DNA of 64,000 bases from Camelus dromedarius (taxonomy: Eukaryota): contig NC_087437.1 of the NCBI RefSeq assembly GCF_036321535.1, positions 75,332,001 to 75,396,000 on the forward strand, written 5' to 3'. The notes beneath the pieces are model-generated. The model was not told the origin of the DNA, made no database searches, and saw only the letters and a program-made list of their open reading frames with translations. Position 1 is the stretch's first letter. Every line of letters starts with the position of its first letter. Both the position numbers and the translations under genes were made by a program. Below are positions 1 to 12,999 of the stretch, in pieces.

Positions 1-1636
1 GGTAATAAGTGTGGGGTAACTGTCTCCTTCTCCCACCCATATCCTGTTCCCACTTCCCAGACAGATACCCGTTTCTTAGGTATCTTTCCAGGAAACGTGT
101 ACACAGACACACACATACGCACACTCACGTATTTATGGATATCTTCCTGAGCTCGACTGTGTGTTGAACACAAGCCACCAGGAAGTCACGCATAGTGAGA
201 GGAGGAGGATACAGTTCAAGTCTCTCACGAATAGACTCACAACTCGTCTCCCTGACTACGGCTTCCAATCCACCCCGAATGTTCTGCCAGAGCCATTTTC
301 CTAAAATACTGCTTCCCTCCTGTCTTTGCCCACAGTCTATGATGTTTCCTACGATCTACTCTGAAATTTCTTTGCTGAACTTCCAGAGCTTTCCTGCATC
401 TTGCTCCATTTTATCTATTCAAATGTTTAATAATTTAGCTATTATTATTACAAATCCTAAACCTGAATGCTCACCTGCAGAAAGGTCAATTTTGTCTTTT
501 TCTTCTGGGAAATGTCACCCCCCAGTCCCATCTCTGGGCTTTTTGCTCCTGTGCTTCTCTTGAATACTTTGCTTCTCTCCTCTCTACCTCAGGAAATGTC
601 TACTAGACACAGATTATGTCCAGTAATAGATGATGACTAGGCCTTGCATTGTGTCAGGAGGGAAACTGAACCTAGAGAGATTAAGTGATTGTGTACAAGT
701 CACATGCTTATTTTCTGGCAGAGAGAAAACTAACTCTCCACCGGACCAGTAAGTCTTTGCTTTTAAACCACACTCCTTAGATCCCAGAGATGCTGTCACT
801 GGATGCACCCAAATCACCACAAAGCAAAGAGTAGATTAAGTGCAGCAAAATACATGATTAGATTTGTTAATTTCACTCAAGTATGAAATAGAATAAGTGA
901 TTATAGTTCATTCTGGAAGTGGTAGACCATGGTGCTGTTCAGTCATGAGGCACCAGAGCTAAGCAGCCTTGGAAAGTCCTCCTCTCCTTTCTCATCTGTA
1001 AAATGGGGCTATCAATACTTGCCATGCAATCTTGGGTGGAGAGGAAAAAGCCTAAGACTTTGTCCAGTTAGAGAGAATGACCTTTCATTTTGGATCATGA
1101 TAGTCCAGATTTCATTTCTTCTCATTTCAAACGTAAAATGGGAAGATTAAAGATACAAGTAAAGGGTTTGGTATAGAGTGAATGCTCAATGAATTTAGCC
1201 CTGGTAATTTGCCCAGCAACCCAGTCCCTCCAAGACTAGAACTAGCCTTGCCTGAGCTGATGGACTCCTTACTCACTCCCACTTCCTCCTTTCACCACCC
1301 TACCTGCGTCCCTCCTCCAGCATGGCCTTCCCCACTGCTGCCCAAGGCTAGCTTCCTGAATGTCTGTCTGCCAGTAGTTGTATATGCCATCTGCTCCAGA
1401 CACTCACCTCTGCTGCAATATTCATCTTTTTATTCCTTGATTCTCTAATGTTAGACATTTGTCTGAATAGCTTCTCCCCTTTGTCATCATAATCTGGCCA
1501 GTGATGCTCCATCTACCTGGATGCACCTAGACACCTGCAAGCCCGCCTTCCACTTCTACGAGGGACCTAGTGTCCACAATTGACGTGTCTTGGTCTGGCC
1601 CACTCCAACACCTGCCACGGTTAAAACTCTGTGCTT

Positions 1637-1911
1637 TAGGGTTGTACTGTGACTTTCATGGGCCATGGGCTCTTTTGTCTTGTAGGCCCTTCCTTCACAA
1701 AACATATGAAAAATTGGATTTTACAACTGTGTTGGTATAAAGACTAATTAATATAACCCAGGCTGGTTTCATCATTATATGTCATTAATATTATATTCCT
1801 ATTTTTTCTGCTTTTAAAAGAAATTAAAATTAGCATATTTTTGTGAGCCCCTAAAAGCATCATGGACTCTGGGCACTGGGCCTTCTGTGCCTCATGGCTG
1901 AGTTGGCCCTG
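1637..1911. mobile_element. Non-autonomous hAT (Tip100-like MER) element just upstream of coding exon 1
   Basis: Ends ...agttggccctg, degenerate tagggttg start, repeated gggcc(c) subterminal motifs around an AT-rich core; family name from memory. Confidence 0.6.
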
Positions 1912-2148
1912 TAGAGTAGGATGTCTTTGAGTACAATGTTGTCATGTACTTGAGACATGGCGGAGAGAGGAGGGGTGGAGGTAGTTTAAAAGACTTAACC
2001 CTTATTGGTCTATCTATGGTGAAGTTTCTCCTTTTACTGCCTGATGCCTCATTTCCCCTGCTTCCTTCCTGTACCTATTTTCTGCAGGGTGAATCCTGTC
2101 AGCGCACTTTTGGGCCTCAGCCTATCTCAGTGAATCGCTCTAAGGAGG

Positions 2149-2236
2149 ATGGACCTGTCAGAGCTTGGAGAGGCGGCAGCCTTCCTCCGAAGGAGCGAGG
2201 CTGAGCTGGGTCTGCTGCAGGCCACAGCCTCTGATG
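2149..2236 (+). CDS. MYH15: MYH15 coding exon 1 (MDLSELGEAAAFLRRSEAELGLLQATASD)
   Basis: ATG at 2149 in context GAGGATGG; donor G|GTAAG at 2237; upstream acceptor tttctgcag ending 2087 gives 61 nt of 5' UTR. Confidence 0.92.
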
Positions 2237-5200
2237 GTAAGACTTGTGACAGCTGCCGGCTTCATGGTGTCTGACTGCTTCCAGGTGGCAACTGAGACAC
2301 TTGATTGGTTGAAAGGAGCCATCAATTCTAGAGCCTAACTTAATTGCTTGGGGTGCAGTCTGCCTCTACGAACCTCTGAGGGATTGAGGAGCTCAGAGTG
2401 TCGAGGGTAAAGACGGATGTTTGTAAGGAAGAGGAGGGCTGGGAGGCAGCCCAGGCCCTACTCACTTGGCCCTGAGACAGGTTCTCTCCTCAGGGAAGCA
2501 ATATGACAACACAGACACCCCCACGTGTGACCCCAGTTAAAGCCTTTCTCAGAAACCTCTTTGTATCAGGTGAATACCATAGTAGAGAGAGGGGGCTTAG
2601 ACAGGCGGCAGGGCTTGGTCGGGGGTGGCGGTTGTTGATTCACTGGAAGGAAAAATAAAGGAAAAGACTTCAGGAAGGCAGGAGAAACAGAAGTTGTCCT
2701 TGGCCCTCTTCAGGATTTCTGGATGTTGAAACTTTGCCCTCTGGCTGTCCTCTAGGTCAGGAGGGTCACCGACCCAACACTAACCAAAAGATAAGTGGGA
2801 GACTTGCTCACCTGAGGAATAATTTCTTGGTAGTTACAGGCAAGGACAAGGTTTAATGACGATTTACCCATAAGATAAAGGCTGAGTACTAGATTAAAAT
2901 CTCTCAATAAATGTTGCATCTTTCTCTCCTTCTTTATGTGTCTGGGCTACATGGCCATCTTCTGAATTTCAGCTTACTGGAGATTTAGAGTCAGATACAC
3001 AGTGTGTTCCAGCACCAAGCCACCTATACATCTCAATTCCAAAATTACTCAACAGGAACCCTGCCTGAGAGTTGTTCTAGTACCCAAATCAGTCAATAAT
3101 GGACTATAATGTAACCAATTATAACTCAAGCCTGTTAGGTAGGACATTATGTTTCCATCATAGACCAGTCCTGGATCAGTTCCCAGTTTCTAGTCATTGG
3201 ATTTCATTACTGTGATTGGATTTTAGAGTTGCTAATTATGATCCATCAAATCAAACACAGTAACAGAACTCTCCTTGAGGTCAGAACTGGTCATGTAGAA
3301 GCTTGTAACAGGCAGTTGGATGATGAAGGATCAGATCAGAGTGGTGCCAGGGAGAAAGTCAAAATGCCAAAACACTGAAGAGGACTGGGTGAGACGTTTA
3401 GTGGAATCAGCACTGCAAATAATTACTTAAAATATAACAATCTCCATAAGTTTTATTTTTATTTATTTATTTAATTTTTTTTTTTGGTCCAACAATCCTT
3501 CCTCACAGAAATGCACTGGCAGCGCAAAGAAGAGAGTCAGCAGGAGTTTTTCATCCCTCTGGGCTAGTAGATAATAGAGTTTGCTTTTTTGAACTCAGGC
3601 GCAATGGAATAAGTGTGATACGAGCATTTGGCGAGTAGTCTGGGGTTCAGAGTACCTGTCCTTGATCCTTTCTAGCTGTCTAATTAGAGCAAAGCACTTC
3701 ACCTTGCTGAGCCTCAATTTCCTCGTCTTTCGGATGAGACCATATGCTTGCTCTGCTTACCTTCCTCCATGAGGATCAAAGAAGACAATAAATGTGAAAA
3801 ACAAACACAGTGCATTATTATGATACCTGGGAAAGAAAACTAGAATTGCTGGGTGTCAGGGAGGAAGTATGCTTTCAGAGATAGAAACGAAATACCATTT
3901 CAAAGCCAAATGTAAATGATTTTTATATTAGAATAGGTTAACCATCTGTTTAAAATAACTACAAAACTGAATATAGTATTATTCAATTTTGATCAACATT
4001 ATAGAAAAAAAAAGACTTGAAAGAAATGCTTCAGATGGATTCTGAGTTGTTTCATTATGGGCGATTATTTTTTTAAAAATCTTCTTCATACATCTCTCTA
4101 CTTTTTTAGTCTTTTTTGCAATAAACACATGTTACCTTATATTGGAAAAGACATTTAATCATCTAAAAATATGAAGTCATAGAGACAAACATCCTCAGTT
4201 TACAAATGAGAGAACTAAAGCCCAAAGAGTTGAGGCCATTGCCTTACACCTTTTACTAGCAAAACCGGGACTAAAATCCAGGTGGCCTGCCTCAAATCCA
4301 TTGCTGTACACATTTCCATCCCTGCCATTATTTATGAATGCAAAGGATTAAAAGTTGACCGAGTTCATTTACTTCATCTTCAAAACCATCCCTCTCCAGG
4401 TCTGGGTCTCAGATAGGTCTTCTCACCTGCTGTTTCTAGGAGCAATAAAAGAGCTAGTCATAAGGCAGGTGATGAACCTAATTTTTGAGAGAAAAATTGG
4501 AAGGAAAAAAGCTCAGCATATAGGACAGAGGAAGAATGCTGTAGTGGAAGAGCTCTGATTTAGGAGGTAAATGATCTAATTTCTAGAGTCATTATTCTAA
4601 TGATGGTCACTAATTAGCTATGTGACTATGGACAACTCTCTTAATCTCTCTTCCCAGGTTCTTTTTCTAAAAATAAAAATAACAAAGGGAAATCTGTGCC
4701 AGGTGATACCCATGTTTCTCTCAAGTAATGACACTTGGTTTCAAATGCCGCCCATATACCTAAAACACACAAAATGTATGCAAAATGAGTGCTTTTCAAA
4801 AACAAGCCTATTTTCCTAGACATCACACAAAGCAAAATTAATTTTTGCAAAAAGGGCAAAATGATAAATACAATTCAAACCAGTATTTAAAATGCACACA
4901 AGTAGAAGCAAATGCAAAAAGGAATACAAAATTCCACCTGCCCAGCAGTTTTAGTGGTGAGCTGATTGGAATCAGGGGAATGGGGAAGAGAGCACAGTGT
5001 AGGTTGTGGTGGTAAGACAGTAGTGAGCAAGAAAATTCTTTCCAGAGACAAGCGTGATGGAAGAAGGGCTGAAAGCTGCCCAACTGCAGCTCCTTCCTAC
5101 ACATACCATCCTCGAGTCGCATTGTCCACCTCTGGGGAGAGCAGCTGGCGAAGGCTGCCACTTCTGCAGCAAAAGGCTCCCGAGATTTGTGATTCATGTT

Positions 5201-6179
5201 TGGGGAGGTGGTGACGGAGTTGGCCCGATCCGCCAGTGGTTGCAAGGGGATTTCACCTGTACATCTCAGAGCCATGGGTTCAGATTTTCCCTCTCTAACC
5301 AAATGCTCTCCTCACCTCTTTCCCACATCTTTCTGAGGAGCTGGGAATTTCTGTGAGCTTCTGGTTAGACTCATTTTCCTTTAAAAGTATGTGTTTTGTT
5401 AATCTTCCCTGGCTTTCTGCCTTGGGTGGGAGAGGACTTGAGAAGCATCTAAGTGAGGCTAGGAGAACCTGCCTCAGATGTTCATAGGGATTCTGGCTCA
5501 GTTCACCCAAATCTCTAATTGGTTAAGGTTTGTAGAGGGCTGCTTTGCTGAGACACGAGACGTAGGATTAAAGAGACTAAGGGGAGAAAAATAATATATG
5601 GGGGAAATAAAATGAATCAGTTATGCTGTATGACAGAAATAACCCATAGTCTCTCTCCCCAATTCTCCCTACTCCAATTCTGCCATGTCATTCTCTTAGC
5701 AGGCTTTCATTCCAAAATTAAAAATGAGGTCTAAAGAAATCCTGATGACAGTCAGAGCCACTAACCTAAATTTTCGTTTAGTTGTAACCAGAGGTTTCTG
5801 AGGAAAGTTTTTTGAAGGGAAGCTGGGAAGGGTAAGATCACCAGGACAACCACCCAGCACCGGGGACTGGGAGTGGGAGGTACGTGTTGGGGTTGGGAGG
5901 GGTGGCTGAGGTGCTGGCGGGTAACTTTCTTGTAGCAAAATGGTCTATGGTGTTCCCCACCTCCACCTGCTGAAATGGTTCTTATTCCTACAGAGTCCTT
6001 ATGTGGGTTTATCTTCCGGGTGATCTTTCATGATTTTATCTAATTTGGCAATTTCCTATATTGGTGCCTCCAAGTCAACAAGTAGACTTAGAAATGAGAT
6101 CATGTCTGTCAATGTGAAAGTATCCAATGTACATTTCCTACAAGTACTGCTGTTAACAATCCATTTTTTTTCTCTATAG

Positions 6180-6286
6180 GGAAGAAGAAATGCTGGATTC
6201 GTGATGTGAAGAATGCTTATGTTGAGGCTGAGGTTACAGGGAGTGGAGATGATGGCGGAATAATTGTTGAGACAACAGATGGAAAG
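6180..6286 (+). CDS. MYH15: MYH15 coding exon 2 (SH3-like N-terminal region, GKKKCWIRDVKNAYVEAEV...TTDGK)
   Basis: Acceptor tttttctctatag; donor AAG|gtaaag; phase fits exon 1. Confidence 0.93.
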
Positions 6287-8383
6287 GTAAAGGAAACTTT
6301 ATTTCATCCCAGGATAACTAAATTCTCTATTTCATTTCATAATTAAATATATCCTTTCTCTAATTGTTTACTTAAAAACCTGGGGTAGGAGATGCCACTG
6401 ACACATTTTGGAAAACTCATTCATCTTTAAGAAGCTCCTTCGCTTACTATCAAAGATTTAATGATGAACATTGAAATCAGAGTAAAATGATCACTAGTGG
6501 TAAAGCTCACTGACTCTAGAATGCACAGCTTTTTCCACTCCTTTCATCATGGTTCAAGTTCTTTTGTAAAGGTGCCCAATGTAGTAAATAATGACCTTAG
6601 GAACTTGAAGCAGGCTGTGTTTGTAGGATCAGGAAAGAGAGGGATAATATGAATAAGAATAGCTCAATGTCAGAGAAGCCAAGAAATGAGCGAATGGTCA
6701 GTAATGTCAAACGCTAAAGAAAGAGATTTATGGCTTGGAGAAAGCCTTGGACTTCAGAATTAGGAGGTCACCTATGACCTTTGAAGGAGAAGCTTAGGTC
6801 AAGTGTTGGGGCATAAGTTAGACTGTAAGGGGTCATAGAGGAAATGTGTTGTGAGGCTGTAACAGTCCCCAATCCCTTCTCCCTGTCACCAAGGCATACA
6901 GAGCAACAGAGCAATACTGAGCAGACAGCCCACTCTCAGAACCTTTGCCTGTGTTGCTGACCTCAGGTGCCTGCCTGCTCCATGGTGGGGAACCAGGCCC
7001 TGTTGCTGGCCTGACTCAGATGGACACATTCTTATAGATTTTACAGATGATTTCCTGCCTGTATACAATTCTCTATTCTCCTTCCAATTCTGCCCTCCCC
7101 AGCTCCATAATAAACCACATCCTATAACAGACAGGTACAATCATTATCAGTGAAGTTTATATTTTTATCTTTGTATTTGGACAATTTATGATCTAAAGCA
7201 TTGCCATTTGAATTGTAAAATGCTGGATTCCACTCAAAAACTACCACTTTTGATGTCCTAATATGCCTTCCTGCTGGTATCTGTACATTTTAAAAAATCA
7301 CAAGTTAGGTAGATTTTATATAAATAATTAATGGGATTAAGGGCAGAACTTAGTCCTTATCAACAGGAGCATAAAAATGTAGGCAAGGGAAAATTCAGAA
7401 TGTCTTAAGAAACAAAGGGATTCAATTCTTTTCTCCTAGTCTGTGTGCTGTGCTTTCACTTTCTAGATTGTGTCCTATTCAGTTTTACTAGGCCTCCAGA
7501 TGAGAGGTTTGTTCTCCTAAGCACATTCTAAAACTGCTGCCTTTTCAACAGTATTTAAGGTAATTTGTGAATATAATGTGATTACAACTATGATTTTCAA
7601 AAGAAATCATAGGAAGAAGAGCATGAAAGCAATAGGTTAATGAAATAGAAAGAGGAGTCAAACGGTGGGTGGTTTTGTTCTGCTTGACTTTTCACCTCCT
7701 AATGGAAGGCCTGGCCCCCAGCCCCACTCTGCATCTCCCTGGCCCCAGGCTTCCTCCTCCTGATGTTAGAAGTGATGACACTTCCAATCACCTTTGGCCT
7801 TTGTAACATTAACTAAGGCAATAAAGCCAGTGGGTGGAGAGTAACACTTAAAGTTGGTAGTGAAAGAAGAGAGAAAAATAGAATCAGAGCCAAGGGGAGT
7901 TTTTTGATGTCAGAGGGCTGATTATGTTCTATGGGAGAGAAGGAGTCCATGACATATGGAAATTGAAGGGACTCAAAAGAAAATGGATTACTGTTTGAAC
8001 AATGTCAAAGAAGACTGTGGGTAGGAATTAGATGGAGAATATGGAGAGCGGGAGTCCTGGAAGAAGCCATTCCCAACTGGGAGTCAATGGAGCAATCAGC
8101 TGATACCGATATTTGTTTACTGAAGAAAAAGGGGCTACAGGAAATGATGTTAGGAAACTTCTGTGAGTAACTCTAAGCAACTATTTCGTAGTAACAATGC
8201 ATCCATGTTAATCAAGATACTTATATATGCTGAATACCTACCATTTCCTTAGCATTGCGATAAAGGCTTTAATAACTGCAGAACAAGACAATATCAAGAC
8301 TCCTTCCTAAGATGCTTACCGTCTAGCTGGGAATAGGGTTAACATAGCCAATTACTGAAAAATACACAAGAGTTAGTATAAGA

Positions 8384-8530
8384 AGGGGGAGGGATAAATA
8401 GGGAGCTTGGGATTAGCAGATACAAACTACTGTGTGCAGAGTAGATACACAGCAAAGACCTGTGTAGCACAGGGAACTATATTCAATATCCTGTATGGCC
8501 TATAATGGAAAAGAATCTGAAAAAGAATAT

Positions 8531-8570
<40 letters not shown>

Positions 8571-8655
8571 CTGTGAATCACTTTGTTGAACACCAGAAAT
8601 AATGCAACATTGTAAATCAACTATACTTCAATTTTTAAAAAGTAAAAGAAAAAAG
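8384..8655 (+). mobile_element. L1 3'-end fragment (artiodactyl-type) containing a (TG)n microsatellite at ~8530-8566
   Basis: gggagggataaat...tagcacagggaactatattcaatatc...ttgtaaatcaactatacttcaa followed by an A-rich tail; same family as the copies at 14990, 17205, 43435 and 50940. Confidence 0.85.
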
Positions 8656-9158
8656 ATAATACAGGTTGTGTATATGATAAAAGACTTAAGGAAGGAGATA
8701 AAACAGTAATGAGCTGGGGAAGTTGGGGAAGGTTTGAGGAAGAGAATAGGTCTTTAAGTCTGGAAGGATGAGTCTGCCTCCTTGATCCTTCCCTCCAAAT
8801 TCCTTCTTCCAAACCTCCAGGATATGCTGAGACATCTCAAGAGGGGATAGATCATGTGCAGTATAACATGTGTACTCTCAGGCTTGAGTCAGTGAGGAGC
8901 CATAGGGTCAGAGCACTGCAATTCAGAAAATTTTGATGCAACAAAAACACCTTCTAAAAACTTTATCTTTGGGCAAAGAGAGAACATGAGCAGGAGGAAC
9001 ACCTGCTTCTTGGAAGAAACTTGGTTTAACTTCCTCTGGCCCCTCCTCTAACGAGGCATCTCTTTCTTAACTTTGAAAATTCTTTCCAATGTTTGGCAAA
9101 AAGGAATGAGCATAGAAGAAATAGGGGAATATATCTTAGATTTTTCCCCTCTCTGCAG

Positions 9159-9302
9159 AGTCTGAGTGTCAAGGAGGATGAAATCCAGCAGATGAATCCT
9201 CCAGAGTTTGAAATGATTGAAGACGTAGCCATGCTGGCTCACCTCAACGAAGCCTCTGTGCTGCATACACTGAAGAGGCGCTACGACCACTGGATGATCT
9301 AT
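9159..9302 (+). CDS. MYH15: MYH15 coding exon 3 ([48 protein letters not shown])
   Basis: Acceptor ctctctgcag; donor TAT|gtatgt; MNPP..ED..ML..LNEA myosin motif. Confidence 0.95.
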
Positions 9303-9901
9303 GTATGTATGTCTGCTCTGCCGCTGAAACAGCACGTTGGCATCATGTTGGTGATGTCCCAGCCCTCTCTTGGGTGAAAAGAAATCTTTGAACTGAATCA
9401 TAATCATACAGGGATAATCTCTGAGGAATGCCCATGGAGAAGGGATCTTAACATTTCCCCAGTTTTATTTTGTCAGTATTTACAACCCTTCCCACAGCTT
9501 GTCATCCTAAAGTAAAGGCAAGAGGCTTGGATCATGACAGACCAGGCTCCAAAGGTCCACTCTGTCTCTTACTGGTTGTTAAGTTTCTTCTTGAAGTCAC
9601 CTTATCTATAAAGTGGGGTAATAGTACCTGTCTCTCTGTGGTAGCTTGGAGGATTAAATAAAATAATGCAGGTAAAGCATATAGTTTCAGTGCCTGTTAA
9701 CTAATTACTGCTCAATAAATTGAATCATTTTTTTTTCTGTATCGTTCAATTGGTTGCTCAGATTCTTTGATTTCCTCAGAGTCTACTCAGCAGGAGTGGC
9801 ACTGGGTAGGTGAGGCTAAGATGATGCATTTGGGACCCTTTGCTATAGAAGCCTTGACGTGCAGCCAGCTTGCTCCTAGGCTCTCTGACTCGCTGCGTGA
9901 C

Positions 9902-10346
9902 TGTGTCAGTTTCCCTGGGATACTGCAACAAAATGACCACAAACCCGGTGGCTTAAAACAACAGCAACTTACTTTGTCACAGTTCCAGAGGCCAGAGTCT
10001 AAAATCAAATAAACTCAGCTGTTGCACTCCCTCTGAGCCTCTAGGGGAGAGTCCTTCCTTACCTCCACCAGTTTCTACGGGCTGTCAGCATTCACTGTGG
10101 CTGTATCACTCCATTCTCTGCTTCCGTCTCCACATCGCCTTCTGTGTGTGTGCATGTCTTCTCCTCTGTGTGTCTCTCAAAAGGACATCTTAAGACCCTT
10201 GGGCTTAAGACCCATCCAGATAGCATCTTGAGATCCTTAATTTGATTACACCCACAAAGATCCTTTTTCCAGATCAGATCACATTTACAGGTTCTAGTGA
10301 CTAGGACATGGACATATCTTTGGGAAGCGCCAGTTCAACCACCACA
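9902..10346. mobile_element. MaLR LTR (MLT1-like)
   Basis: caacaaaatgaccacaaac..ggtggcttaaaacaacag, tcacagttccagaggccagagtc and cacatttacaggttc motifs; TG...CA ends. Confidence 0.8.
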
Positions 10347-10762
10347 GCGTGGGTGACCCCCATGAGCTATTCACCCCAGTGCCTTAAACGTCAGCTTTCA
10401 AATCTTACTGAGGCCCAGATTCCCTTCAGACCTCAAATGCCTGAGAGCTGGTTACCAAAACCTGCAAGTCTGCTGTTAGTGTCCTCCCTGTCTTTGAAAG
10501 TTGTGCGTGTGTCCGTGTATCAGACGAGTTCATGGTTGGCAGATCTCCCAGGGGAGAGGTGATCCCAGGTCCCATTGTCACTCTAACCTGGTTCTGTCTT
10601 TTCCTGTTAGAAGTCCCTTCTCTGAAAGAATCCAAAAGCTACCCTCCTTTTAGTTCCTTAATAAATAAATATTCCAGCAAATGATATCTGATGGCAAAAG
10701 AGCTGACAAACCTGGAAGCATTTCTAACTTGTTTTCTGAAATCTGTTCTGATCTTCCGGCAG

Positions 10763-10919
10763 ACTTATTCGGGTCCCTCCTGTGTGAGCATAAACCCTCA
10801 CAAGTGGCTTCCAGTGTATCAGGAAGAAGTGGCGGCTGCCTACAAAGGGAAGAGGCGATCAGAGGTTCCCCCTCACATCTTTGCAGTGGCCGATAATGCC
10901 TTTCAGGATCTGCTTCACA
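10763..10919 (+). CDS. MYH15: MYH15 coding exon 4 ([19 protein letters not shown]...[17 protein letters not shown])
   Basis: Acceptor ttccggcag; donor A|gtaagt; KWLPVY and PPHIF motifs. Confidence 0.95.
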
Positions 10920-11563
10920 GTAAGTGGCTGCCTTCCAAAATGAAAGGTAAAAATATCTGATCTACTTTTTCTCTGTGTCACTAAGAGACAGGTAGGCATT
11001 GTGAGCAGAGCGTGGCCTTTATACAGTTGACTCATCACTTGAAGCCTCCGTTTCCTTCTGGATGAAACGTGGGCAAAACAGTGCCTCCCTCCTAGGGTTA
11101 TAGGGACAATTAGCTCATATGTCAAATTAAGTGAGACAATGCCTTGAAAGTGCTCAGCCCAGTGGCTGGCCCAGGGTGAGCGCCCTGGAGATGTCAGCTT
11201 CTATTACATAAAGCACCTAATAGAATCTCTGACACAAAAAGTTATTTGAGAGCTATTCTTCCACCACGCTTCTTAAAGGGCTTAAAATAGCAAAATGTCA
11301 ACCATTAGTCATTTACCATTGGTATTTGGAGCAAGGAAATAGGAATAGAACTTGTACGTTCTTATGCCTGGCATACGTAGGGTCAAGAGAAACTCTATTT
11401 TACTTTGTATCATTTAAATGGTATTTTTTCTAACTTTATACAGAGCAAATCCTTCCCCTTGTGTCTGACTTCAAACCACAAGCAAGGAAATTTTGAATAA
11501 GTGCATGCCAATGTGTAAAGGCTCCGACTGAAGAGTGTTCTGACATTTTCCTTTCTTTTGTAG

Positions 11564-11591
11564 ATCGAGAGAATCAGTCGGTGCTCTTCAC
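11564..11591 (+). CDS. MYH15: MYH15 coding exon 5 (28 nt, NRENQSVLFT)
   Basis: Acceptor ctttcttttgtag; donor AC|gtaagt; ENQS motif preceding the P-loop. Confidence 0.93.
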
Positions 11592-12905
11592 GTAAGTGTT
11601 TGCCTTGCTTTCTCCTTTTGGCCAGCAGTGAGCGTTTCAATGGAAACAGACACCTACATTTCACTGGATATGAAATATAAATTCACTGTCTTTGAATTGT
11701 GATTCTTTAGACAGCAAATACATTTTGAGGCAAGAATAAGATACTCAGGAAATTGTCATAACACTTTAGTCAATGACTATCCAAATATGGTGCCAGCTAG
11801 GCTGCTTCCCGTTTTAGGAGATCCTTTAGAATCTGAAGTGCACTGTCTGGTCTTAATCATCTTCGTGATGGAAAGAACTCCCCGTCCAAATGACCACTTT
11901 TCAAAGTTCTGTGGACTGGCTAATTAGGCAGACAGACTGAAAGTCCAGTGGGTGTGACCATGGAACAGATAACCTGCAGTTGTGAGTAGCCAGATTGGGG
12001 CAGGCCAAGGTACGTTAAGTAATGGGAACCAAAAGACAATGAGGCTTGGCGGGACAAGAAAAGGGAGTGAAGAGGAAGGAAGGAAAGGACTTCATTGATA
12101 CCATATTGTATGTTAATTTGGATGGGAAGAGCATTGACTGGCCATGAACTGTCACCATGGTGCCTGAGGGGACAGGCTGGGAATGAGAGACAGTGAAACA
12201 CTGGAGTTCTTGCTCTTCCAATGCAATGATGATGCCACCTCCTGTGCTGGGCTATACGTTGGCTTTAGTCATTCCAGGAAAAGGAATAGGGTCTCAGAAT
12301 CTTCGTGCTAGAAGGGTGGTTAGAGTTCAGCCCTCTGCAGAGAGGATAGACTGTTTTCTAGAGTTTCATGCAGATAAAGGCAGGCAGGCCTTGATCCCAT
12401 GACACTTTGTGTGATGAAGCTATACATTCACCACTGTGTTCTCTCCACATTACAAAGTTAGCTGATTGTCAAAGGTAGAAGGGAAGTCTAAAGCCCAGCT
12501 TCCTGGTGGAATGATTGGTAGGTTCTCTTCTGAGGGAGAGGGTTGGACCTGGCCATATGCCTGGCAGCCTTAATATGTGAAAATCTCTTGAACAGTTGGT
12601 AATGTGGAGACCTGTCTCTTCATGCTTTTGTTAACAGGGTGATGAGGAACAGGCACCTAATTTTTATAAAAGCCTTCAATTTTTCTCTACTCCAGAGTTT
12701 TGCTCCTGCTGCTTTTCCAGCCTGAGATGTCCTTCTCCTTCTCCCCACCAATTACATGTCTGCTTCTCCTCCAAATTCCCTCTTAACCCACATTTTTCCA
12801 TAAAACTTTCCCTTCTTGCCTTAGCCTGTATGATTAAAATTATTTATCTCTCATTGAATTTATATTCTGAACCACTTAACTGTGTCATTGAATTTCCAAT
12901 CATAG

Positions 12906-12999
12906 AGGAGAATCTGGTGCTGGAAAGACTGTGAACACCAAACATATTATCCAATATTTTGCCACCAGAGCAACTACGGGTGAATCCAGGGAAAAGCCA
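12906..12999 (+). CDS. MYH15: MYH15 coding exon 6 (P-loop [19 protein letters not shown] and loop 1)
   Basis: Acceptor catag; donor CCA|gtaagt; intact Walker A motif. Confidence 0.95.

Noticed and set aside
4838..5356. Overlapping 154/100/82-aa ORFs in intron 1
   Set aside because: No recognisable domain or convincing exon structure; a moderately GC-rich stretch that is stop-poor by chance.
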